Shown here: positions 8,530-16,652 of the stretch, piece by piece
Position numbering within the stretch: position 1 is the stretch's first letter
Layout: every line of letters begins with the position of its first letter
IMG/VR virus record: IMGVR_UViG_3300027712_000017
Reading direction: 5' to 3' (one strand)
Source: a virus
Lineage: Duplodnaviria > Heunggongvirae > Uroviricota > Caudoviricetes
Length of the DNA stretch: 64,000 nucleotides
The notes under the pieces: generated by a model
What the model was told of the DNA's origin: nothing
What the model saw: the letters and a program-made list of their open reading frames with translations, nothing else
Database searches by the model: none
Position numbers and translations under genes: made by a program

Positions 8530-9168
8530 TTAAAACTGCTTTGAAGAATTGCGGTAAACTTTTGACTTGTCGGCGCCAACGAATTGTTCAGTTGGCAATA
8601 ATATAGTGGTATCCCATTCAGCAGGTGTTATGTAAAAATAACGCGATTTCACATGACTGTATAAATAACGTTTGACACAAGGTCTGAAATAACTAAACTG
8701 TGACGCACTTTTCAATATTCTGTAATTGATATTAAGTTTTGTTGTGTCATCATTATTTTTATTATTTATCGTGGAATATAAAGCATCCATTAATTTGGCT
8801 CTTGCAAGAGGTGAAATATAATGTAGGTTGATACCTAAGAATCCATCAGGATACATTTCAATCGGGAACACCAATGGAAATCTATCCCAATAAGGTAATT
8901 CGTCTTTATACTTCGCATCGTAATAAAACATATACATTCTGCCAATAGAAAATTTATTCATATTGTTAACTAAACGATCTTTATCAGCAGCTAAATTGCT
9001 TTTTGTAATATTGCTTAGTTTCTTAGTATTGTTCAAAAACCATGAACGTGCTTCGTTGATTGCGGAACTTTCAACAGCTCCAACTTTATTCATACTAGCA
9101 ATTTTTTCGAACGTATATGCTACCATTTGATATTTAGTTCTTTCTCTGTCATGATCAGGAATCTCCAT
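8530..9168 (-). CDS. gp2: DNA end protector protein gp2
   Basis: GRMYMFYYDAKYKDELPYWDRFPLVFP...FLGINLHY and LPTEQF motifs. Confidence 0.92.
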   Translation of the reverse strand: MEIPDHDRERTKYQMVAYTFEKIASMNKVGAVESSAINEARSWFLNNTKKLSNITKSNLAADKDRLVNNMNKFSIGRMYMFYYDAKYKDELPYWDRFPLVFPIEMYPDGFLGINLHYISPLARAKLMDALYSTINNKNNDDTTKLNINYRILKSASQFSYFRPCVKRYLYSHVKSRYFYITPAEWDTTILLPTEQFVGADKSKVYRNSSKQF

Positions 9169-9563
9169 TTACGGTCAGCACAATATTCACTCGCGGCTTT
9201 CCATTTTGCTTGGTTTACACCCCAAGTCATGACTTCGTTGATGTATGCTTTATTTATCGTTTTTTTCTTGACTGGTTCGACTGTTTGATTTGCTGGTTTA
9301 ATTTCAACAAGAACAGTTTCGATCACACCTCGTAGGTCTTTCTTATGAACAAGGAAATCAGGAAAATAACGATGTATTTTCCCGTCAACAGGACTTCGAT
9401 ATGGGATTACAAGTTCTTCACTTGCCCAATAAATAACATCAGGATGCTCATCTAAATATTTCATAAATTTTGCTTCCCACGAACTGCGATAAATAATGTT
9501 AGTGGGATCGCCCTTATATCTAGACGGGTTCTTTGGTTTAAATTTACCTTTGTAACTTTTCAT
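9120..9563 (-). CDS. gp4: Head completion nuclease gp4
   Basis: YKGKFKPKNPSRYKGDPTNIIYRSSWE, YFPDF, EIKP and WRFLIMTE motifs. Likely start is ATG 9563. Confidence 0.92.
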   Translation of the reverse strand: MKSYKGKFKPKNPSRYKGDPTNIIYRSSWEAKFMKYLDEHPDVIYWASEELVIPYRSPVDGKIHRYFPDFLVHKKDLRGVIETVLVEIKPANQTVEPVKKKTINKAYINEVMTWGVNQAKWKAASEYCADRKWRFLIMTEKELNIKW

Positions 9564-9568
9564 ACTAC

Positions 9569-9576
9569 TACTTATA
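9569..9576 (-). promoter_or_regulatory. T4-type late promoter variant (TATAAGTA) for gene 4
   Basis: One mismatch from TATAAATA; exactly 5 nt upstream of the ATG. Confidence 0.5.
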
Positions 9577-9589
9577 ACAAGGAAAAACA

Positions 9590-10549
9590 ATGGTCACTAT
9601 CACATCAGGATCACTTAGTTCTGGCTCATCTATTGCGGCAGGATATTCAACGCCGCAAGGGGTATCAGTAACTCGTGCAGACATTGCAGGACCTTCAACT
9701 ATGTATAAGTTGAAAAACATTGAAAGTAATCAGCAAGCAAGTAATCTCACATTCCCGGCTGACATAGGTCCGCATTACATGACGATTGCGATTGCTGAAT
9801 CTACAAGAACAAACAGAACAGATTCAATAGGTGGTGGAACTAGATTTGGCGGGATGAAATTTAAAGGACAATCTTACATTCGTTTGCCGTTACCCGAACA
9901 TATTAAAGACATTAATGAAGTAGATTATACACCTGAAGGTGTTGTTAGTGCTAGCTCAACCGCGGGTGCTCTTATGGGAACTATCGCACCTCGAGGAACT
10001 TTTTTGAACACACTCGTCGATACCGCATCTCAACAAGGTGTCGGGGCTGAATTGAGAGCAAGATCAGGTACTGCCCCGAATCAAATGTTGACCATATTGT
10101 TGAAGGGTCCTAAATATAAAGATCATTCATTTTCGTGGAAATTGTATCCTAGAAATGCAAAAGAATCTGCTGCTGTAAGATCTATAATTCAAACATTAAA
10201 ATCTAGTTCAAGACCCGGATTAAGTCAAAATGGATGGTTTTTCACATTCCCTCGTATTTTTAAATTATCTTTCATCACAGGAAATAAAGAAAATAATGAA
10301 AAGGGAAGTGGATATTTGTTTGAATTTAAACCATCCGTGTTGCAATCTGTTGTAGTTAATTATACTCCATCAGGAGCACCTGCATTGTATTCAGGAACTT
10401 CAGCACCTGATGGTGTCGAATTAACTCTAAATTTTAAGGAATTAGAATACTGGTTGGGTGAAGATAGACCTTCTGAATGGGATTTAGGAGGAGAATTGCT
10501 AGGATCATTCGGATTAGATAATAATACATTACGTGGCACAGATCGTTAA
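9590..10549 (+). CDS. gp48: Baseplate tail tube cap gp48
   Basis: IRLPLP, PNQMLTILLKGPKYKDHSFSWKLYPRN, FTFPRIF and VELTLNFKELE motifs. Confidence 0.8.
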   Translation: MVTITSGSLSSGSSIAAGYSTPQGVSVTRADIAGPSTMYKLKNIESNQQASNLTFPADIGPHYMTIAIAESTRTNRTDSIGGGTRFGGMKFKGQSYIRLPLPEHIKDINEVDYTPEGVVSASSTAGALMGTIAPRGTFLNTLVDTASQQGVGAELRARSGTAPNQMLTILLKGPKYKDHSFSWKLYPRNAKESAAVRSIIQTLKSSSRPGLSQNGWFFTFPRIFKLSFITGNKENNEKGSGYLFEFKPSVLQSVVVNYTPSGAPALYSGTSAPDGVELTLNFKELEYWLGEDRPSEWDLGGELLGSFGLDNNTLRGTDR

Positions 10550-10571
10550 AATTAATAAGGTAAGAATTTAA

Positions 10572-11432
10572 ATGCCAGAACCATTTTTCAGTAAATTCCC
10601 AGTTATAACATATGCAAATACACGATGCATTGACATAACTAAACGAGTCATTATTGACTCTGGATTGAGAAGAAATCCTATTGTGTATGATCAACATGAA
10701 TTGAAACACGCAACAAGAGCAGACGTAATTGCTGAAAATTACTATGAGGATCCTTCCATGGAGTGGATGCTTTTCCTTGTGAATGGCATAATTGACCCAT
10801 ATTATGGATGGAATTTATCTTCATTTGATTTCGATGAACATTTGATAAAAAAATATGGGTCGATTGAATTGTCCAACCAAAAAATAGCATATTACAAAAT
10901 AAACACAGAAGATGAAACTGAATTTAGCGTTGATTATTATGATAGTTATATAACTGAAAATCTTAAAAAATACTACTCACCTAATTTCAATGCAGATCTA
11001 AATATTAGTAGTTACAGCAGAAGAAAAGATAATATAATCGTAAACACAAATAAAGTTTATCAATTTGAAATATCACTAGCTAATTCAACATCAGGGTTTA
11101 CAATCGGAGAATTAGTTACTGCTAGTCCAGGTGCAGCAAATGGTGAAGTAGTTTTTGCAAATTCCACATTCGTAAAAGTTAAAAATGTTACAGGTAATTT
11201 TAACGCAAACATTACACGGGTTAAAGGTAGAAATTCAATAGCAAATGCTAGTGTTATATCAAAAACTTTGTTAAGCACAAATATACCAGATAATGAAGCA
11301 GTTTACTGGACATCAGTGTCTTATTATGATTATGAAAATGACATAAATGAAAAACACAAATCTATAAAACTTATGAATCCTGCATATGCTAGCGAAACTG
11401 CTTTTAACATGAGAAAAATATTAAAGTCATGA
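10572..11432 (+). CDS. gp53: Baseplate wedge protein gp53
   Basis: FFSKFPVITY, RADVIAENYYEDPSMEWMLFLVNGIIDPYYGW (LysM-like), and YDYENDINEKHKSIKL motifs. Confidence 0.88.
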   Translation: MPEPFFSKFPVITYANTRCIDITKRVIIDSGLRRNPIVYDQHELKHATRADVIAENYYEDPSMEWMLFLVNGIIDPYYGWNLSSFDFDEHLIKKYGSIELSNQKIAYYKINTEDETEFSVDYYDSYITENLKKYYSPNFNADLNISSYSRRKDNIIVNTNKVYQFEISLANSTSGFTIGELVTASPGAANGEVVFANSTFVKVKNVTGNFNANITRVKGRNSIANASVISKTLLSTNIPDNEAVYWTSVSYYDYENDINEKHKSIKLMNPAYASETAFNMRKILKS

Positions 11433-12679
11433 GTTTACCTAATTATACACAAGCAATCATAAAAAAATGTTCGATAGATAATATCGACGTTTCATTGCAT
11501 GTCAGACAATTGTATGTTTCATCTTCGATATTGACACCTTATATAACAGCAAAAATATCTATAGCTGATGTTAGTTCATTGCAGGACGCATTATATGAAC
11601 CAGGCAAACCTGTATCTATTGTTTATACTGGCGGTGATAGCTCTATTATCCGTGAATATAATTTAGTTACTATGGGAAGCATGGGCGGAACTAAAGATCA
11701 AAATAATCGTGCAGGTAAAACTGAAATTATTGCAATAAGCAGATGTTATTTTGATATGCAAAATGAGCATACAAGCCATCATCAAAACATTCCGACTTCA
11801 GAAGTATTCAGAAAATTACATAACGAATTAGTTCCTAGTTCAAAGATAGATATAACAAAAACTAAAGGTTTGATCTCAGATATTGAACCTTTTCATTTGC
11901 GTGGAATTAGATTGGGTAGAGCCATAAACATGGTTAGAAATCGTATGACAGATGATAAGTATAAATCTGCTTCATATGTATATTATGTTGATCAAAATTC
12001 TGATTATCATTGCGTCCCGCTAGAACAATTATTCGATAAAGCAGCAGGACCTAAATATATTCAAAGAGTTGCAGGGATTAGTTTTCTTAAAGAACATGAC
12101 ACATTAGCATACAATATCATTTCTATGAAAAGAGGATCGACTAAATCGGGATATGGTAGCGACGATGCTTCTGCGTATCAATCAACACAAAGACAACGAG
12201 GCGGCGCAACCAATGAAGGTTGGGATTGGGCTAGCGGTTCATATACTGCACCTATCGCAAAATCGTATAAACTATCTTCTGTTAAAACAAAAGGCTCACC
12301 GGGTGATGAAATTCTCACAACTCAGGGTGCTGACGCAGCGGGAACAGTAAATCACAATTTCATGATTGACTCTAATCAAAAAAGTTCTGCAGATTTTGAA
12401 GCGGATATTGCAAAGAAAAATATATTGAAATCTTTGATCATGCAAGGTTCATCATTAATTAATGTTCCCCTCGAGGGTGGATTGAACTCGTATGTCGGGA
12501 AGGGATGCTATCTTGATATACCTTCTGATATAGGAGATGGAGACAGCAATAAATCTTTGTATGGCGGCCAACACTTAGTGATCGCTCAAGGAGAATATAT
12601 ATTTCAAGATCAAAATGGCATGATGGGTATTGCTGCAATACAAACATCAAGTGGCGGTAAACAAGGGAGTTTAGGTTAA
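11429..12679 (+). CDS. Putative baseplate hub protein (gp27-like by position)
   Basis: Lies between gp53 and gp5. Has YVSSSILTPYITAKISIAD at the N-terminus and a hub-like C-terminus (INVPLEG...VGKGCYLDIP...YGGQHLV). Confidence 0.5.
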   Translation: MSLPNYTQAIIKKCSIDNIDVSLHVRQLYVSSSILTPYITAKISIADVSSLQDALYEPGKPVSIVYTGGDSSIIREYNLVTMGSMGGTKDQNNRAGKTEIIAISRCYFDMQNEHTSHHQNIPTSEVFRKLHNELVPSSKIDITKTKGLISDIEPFHLRGIRLGRAINMVRNRMTDDKYKSASYVYYVDQNSDYHCVPLEQLFDKAAGPKYIQRVAGISFLKEHDTLAYNIISMKRGSTKSGYGSDDASAYQSTQRQRGGATNEGWDWASGSYTAPIAKSYKLSSVKTKGSPGDEILTTQGADAAGTVNHNFMIDSNQKSSADFEADIAKKNILKSLIMQGSSLINVPLEGGLNSYVGKGCYLDIPSDIGDGDSNKSLYGGQHLVIAQGEYIFQDQNGMMGIAAIQTSSGGKQGSLG

Positions 12680-12680
12680 T

Positions 12681-12992
12681 ATGGCATCTTATGGTCGTGG
12701 TCGTGGGTTCAATTATTTTATAGGTGAAGTTGTTAGTGTCAATTCTCCATATCAGGATGGCAGCGTAAAGGTTCGCGCATACGGCACTGAGGATGATAAA
12801 GCTAAAATCCCAGATGATGCGCTGAGATGGTACAAAGTATTGATGCCGGTGACACATGCACAAATACCCGGACACGGCGGCATCCACGGGCTGCTGAAGG
12901 GCTCTGTGGTGATGTGTATATACCTTGACGACTTCGAACAAATTCCTATGGTGATCGGAACATTAACTTCATCAGGCAAACCTAAAAAGTAA
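12681..12992 (+). CDS. gp5 N-terminal OB-fold as a stand-alone gene
   Basis: FIGEVVSVNSPYQDGSVKVRAYG...LRWYKVLMP...GSVVMCIYLD...QIPMVIG is the Gp5_OB pattern. Confidence 0.8.
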   Translation: MASYGRGRGFNYFIGEVVSVNSPYQDGSVKVRAYGTEDDKAKIPDDALRWYKVLMPVTHAQIPGHGGIHGLLKGSVVMCIYLDDFEQIPMVIGTLTSSGKPKK

Positions 12993-13002
12993 AGAGAAAA
13001 AA

Positions 13003-13602
13003 ATGGCAATTACAATTGATAACTTTTCAATCGGAATACCTGCATCAGCAAGACCAGCAGAGGATCCTAGACTTATAGATGGATTAAAAGGACTTGAAAC
13101 CCTTCACGGGACCTTACAGAATAGCATTGATAACATTTACGATTTATCATATAAACTGACAGGTGGCGAAATACTAAAGAATTTTGATCTTCCTAGCATA
13201 GGTGCTCAAATTTTTGATGGTAATAGCGATGCAGCAAAATTCATCAAACAATTCGATCCTAATAATAAAAGCGGAGCAGTCGGTTTCGCATTAGGATTAG
13301 TAGATAAGATTAATTCTGAATTAGACGAAGGTAAATTGTTGAAGGACTTGATGGGTCCTCAAGTTGCATGTCTCGTCACTTCATTCGTTGACATAAGCAA
13401 TATTATCCCTACTCTATCATTGAATTTTCCTGATATTGTTGGCATGTTAAAAAATAAACTACAAGAAATTCAAAATGCTATGACCTCAGCAATCGACGGT
13501 TTATTAGCACCTGTTAGAAACCTGATAACATCTTTAACAGATGCTTTACAGAAAGTGAATGATTTAATTGGAAAAATTGCTGCTTGTGCTAGTGCAACTT
13601 AA
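13003..13602 (+). CDS. Hypothetical helical protein, 199 aa, between the gp5 fragments
   Basis: Complete ORF; amphipathic helical C-terminal half. Confidence 0.7.
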   Translation: MAITIDNFSIGIPASARPAEDPRLIDGLKGLETLHGTLQNSIDNIYDLSYKLTGGEILKNFDLPSIGAQIFDGNSDAAKFIKQFDPNNKSGAVGFALGLVDKINSELDEGKLLKDLMGPQVACLVTSFVDISNIIPTLSLNFPDIVGMLKNKLQEIQNAMTSAIDGLLAPVRNLITSLTDALQKVNDLIGKIAACASAT

Positions 13603-13613
13603 AGGAATATACA

Positions 13614-14381
13614 ATGGGTAAAATTGCAGACGATCTCGAAAGCATAAAAAAATCAACTGAGGATGCTATAAAATTAGCTAGAACAGTTTTCTCAGGAAGA
13701 ACTCCTGATGCGGGTGACAACAATAAGGGTCAATATCCTTTGCGAAACGTCATGGAGTATATCGGTGGGCATAGACAGGTATTTGATAGCACACCTGGTG
13801 CTAGAGTTGTTGAACAAGCTCACGGTTCAGGCACGTTTCAACAGTGGGCTGAAGACGGGTCAGAAATTCGTGTTGTTGTCAGCAATAAGTATGAACACCT
13901 CAAGGCAGGATATACTTTAACTGTCAATCAAAACGGCGATATTAAGATTGATGGGCATTGCAGAGTTTCTGTTGGCGGTGGTGCCCATGTTGAGGTTGCA
14001 GGTGATGTGTCATTAGTATCAACTGGAACCATTACCCAATACGCAGCAAAAGACATTAACCTTGTCGCAGGCGGTAAAATCAATATTCTTGGCAATAAGA
14101 GTTTGAATTTGACAACTGATGGAACACATACAGTCCGTGTAGGTAAAGATCACAAATCAACTGTTCATGGCAAATCTGATTACATAGTTGACGGCAATCA
14201 CACATCAGCTATTCAAGGAAATTCTGATAATTTAGTTAAAGGCAACATAGGTTTAAGAGTTGATGGTAATGCTACTACTAGAACTACAGGTAATGAATCT
14301 GCAGTTATTGGGGGCAAAAAAGATGTTTCTTCAAGCGGCACTATGACATTTATTGCACCAAAAATAGATTTAAACCCATAA
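13614..14381 (+). CDS. gp5 C-terminal part (triple beta-helix spike)
   Basis: GHRQVFDSTPGAR...HGSGTFQQW...DG followed by ~8-residue V-x-G repeats, ending APKIDLNP. Confidence 0.82.
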   Translation: MGKIADDLESIKKSTEDAIKLARTVFSGRTPDAGDNNKGQYPLRNVMEYIGGHRQVFDSTPGARVVEQAHGSGTFQQWAEDGSEIRVVVSNKYEHLKAGYTLTVNQNGDIKIDGHCRVSVGGGAHVEVAGDVSLVSTGTITQYAAKDINLVAGGKINILGNKSLNLTTDGTHTVRVGKDHKSTVHGKSDYIVDGNHTSAIQGNSDNLVKGNIGLRVDGNATTRTTGNESAVIGGKKDVSSSGTMTFIAPKIDLNP

Positions 14382-14390
14382 GGAAAAACA

Positions 14391-14810
14391 ATGTCAAGAA
14401 TAGACACAAATGTAACTACAAGTAAAAAAGAAAAACGTTACAGTGATCTTGCAATGGGATTTACTATGTCACCCGTGACTGGTAATATTGCTATGGTTTA
14501 TGATGAACAATCAGTCAAACAAGCAATAAAAACATTGATCTTGACTAAACCTGGTGAGCGATTCTATAATAAAGATTATGGGACAAGTGTTCATGATATG
14601 TTATTTGATATGATTGATCCTATCACTGCTGAAAATATAAAAATGAGTATTGAAGAAGCTATTAAAAATTATGAACCTCGGGTTGAAACGCTCGAGGTTC
14701 GAGTAGTAGGTGATGAAGTAAATCTACAGTATGTAATCAATATATTTTTCAGAATAATAAATATACCTGAGGTCCAAACAATGGACATAATCCTAAAAAG
14801 AGTTCGTTGA
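14391..14810 (+). CDS. gp25: Baseplate wedge protein gp25
   Basis: YSDL...VKQAIKTLILTKPGERFYNKDYG...IKNYEPRV motifs. Confidence 0.93.
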   Translation: MSRIDTNVTTSKKEKRYSDLAMGFTMSPVTGNIAMVYDEQSVKQAIKTLILTKPGERFYNKDYGTSVHDMLFDMIDPITAENIKMSIEEAIKNYEPRVETLEVRVVGDEVNLQYVINIFFRIINIPEVQTMDIILKRVR

Positions 14811-14813
14811 AGC

Positions 14814-16652
14814 ATGTCAAATTCATCTATTAATCTAGTAAACTTAGATTTTGCAACCTTAAAATCTAGCCTAAAAACATATATGTCAGCGCAAAATATA
14901 TTCAAAGATTATAACTTTGATGGATCTGCAATGGATGCTTTGCTTGATGTTCTTGCATACAACACATACAAAAATGCTTTCTATCTAAACATGGTAGGCG
15001 CAGAAGGTTTCCTAGATTCGGCACAGATGAAAGGTTCTATATTTTCACATGCTAAAGAACTGAATTATCTACCCAGATCTGCGAGAAGTTCTTCTGCAAA
15101 CGTCACGATAAATTTTACAGCAACAAGTGCAAGCCAACCTTACGTTATTCGTAAAGGTGAAACCTTTAGCACAATTATAAACCAAACCTCATATGTGTTT
15201 AGTGTCGCTGATGATCAAATATTGACTTCAGCAAATAACACATATACTTCTACCTTCAATATTTATGAAGGTTCATATGTGACAGATAATTATATAGTTC
15301 TTGATAGTGACATCTCACAGACATTTATTATTAGTAACGTTGATGTTGACACAGATTCCATCTCTGTTTTAGTCTATGAACACGGTTCTACCACACCTTC
15401 TGTTTACGCCAGAGCAACTTCACTATTAGGATTAAATTCACAATCAAAAGTTTATTTTATTCAAGCAAATTCTACTGGCAAATATGAGATAATTTTCGGT
15501 GATGATGTTATCGGAAAAAGACCTTTGCCCGGAAGTACAGTCATTATTGATTATCGTGTTACTGCAGGTCTTGCTGGTAATGGTGGAAAGAATTTCATAA
15601 TAAATTTTGATCCTACTGGAAGTGGCGAATTAACTTCATCAGTTGCCACAACCACTAACAAATATTCACCTGAAGCAGCCGGTCAATATTCTGCAAATGG
15701 TGATGACGCAGAAAGCATTGAGTCAGTAAGATATTATGCACCTCGTCATTTCCAGACACAAGAACGTGCTATTACTACGAATGATTATGAAACAATTCTT
15801 AAGATGCAATATCCTGAAATCGGCGCTATATCTGTTTATGGTGGAGAAGATGCAACACCACCTAGATATGGTAAAGTTTTTATTGCAATTGATATTAAAA
15901 ATGTTGATGGGTTACCCACATCCAAGAAAAACGAATATTACAATTTCTTGAAATCTCGTATGCCTCTTTCGATTGATCCTATATTCATTCAACCTGAAAT
16001 GACATATGTTCAAGTCAATTCTCGTGTAAAATATAACGTTAACGAAACCACTAGAACTTCAAATAATATCAAGGCAGGAATATCGTTGGCTATTTCTGAA
16101 TTTGCATCAAAATATCTAAATAATTTCAAAGCAGCTCTTTATTATTCAAAATTGACATCTGCAATTGATGCTGTTGATAATAGCATTGTATCAAATCAAA
16201 CAAAACTATACGTCTATAAGAAATTAAGTCTGTCAACTGACATACCTCAAAATTTAGTTATAGATTTCAACATGCCATTGAAGAAAACTTACTATGTTTT
16301 AAACACCTTAATATCAAATAAATCAGTAACTCAAGATGACGTTGAGATGGCACATTCACTTCATTCTTCATTATTTATCTATAATGGAAGTATTTGCGAA
16401 TTGGAAGATAATGGTGCTGGTGTGGTTCGTATAATCAGAAAAACTGATCATGTCATTGTCAAGAATATTGGAACTATCAATTATGAAACTGGTAGAGTAC
16501 TGCTGAATAATTTTTCAGTAGATTCATATGATGGCAATTACTTCAACCTATACATCACCCCACGAGAATCAGATGTAGTGATTAAGAAAAATGAAATTCT
16601 GTATATTGAATCTTCTGGAATTAATGTAACTGTAGAACCTGTGAGAATCTAA
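14814..16652 (+). CDS. gp6: Baseplate wedge protein gp6
   Basis: LDFATLKSSLKTYM...DYNFDGS...LLDVLAYNT, FGDDVIGK and QERAITTNDY motifs. Confidence 0.93.
   Translation: MSNSSINLVNLDFATLKSSLKTYMSAQNIFKDYNFDGSAMDALLDVLAYNTYKNAFYLNMVGAEGFLDSAQMKGSIFSHAKELNYLPRSARSSSANVTINFTATSASQPYVIRKGETFSTIINQTSYVFSVADDQILTSANNTYTSTFNIYEGSYVTDNYIVLDSDISQTFIISNVDVDTDSISVLVYEHGSTTPSVYARATSLLGLNSQSKVYFIQANSTGKYEIIFGDDVIGKRPLPGSTVIIDYRVTAGLAGNGGKNFIINFDPTGSGELTSSVATTTNKYSPEAAGQYSANGDDAESIESVRYYAPRHFQTQERAITTNDYETILKMQYPEIGAISVYGGEDATPPRYGKVFIAIDIKNVDGLPTSKKNEYYNFLKSRMPLSIDPIFIQPEMTYVQVNSRVKYNVNETTRTSNNIKAGISLAISEFASKYLNNFKAALYYSKLTSAIDAVDNSIVSNQTKLYVYKKLSLSTDIPQNLVIDFNMPLKKTYYVLNTLISNKSVTQDDVEMAHSLHSSLFIYNGSICELEDNGAGVVRIIRKTDHVIVKNIGTINYETGRVLLNNFSVDSYDGNYFNLYITPRESDVVIKKNEILYIESSGINVTVEPVRI

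Noticed and set aside
12981-13005. Frameshift joining the gp5 OB-fold to the 199-aa ORF at AAA AAG TAA
   Set aside because: It would need a +1 shift without a canonical slippery heptamer, and the downstream ORF has its own ATG.
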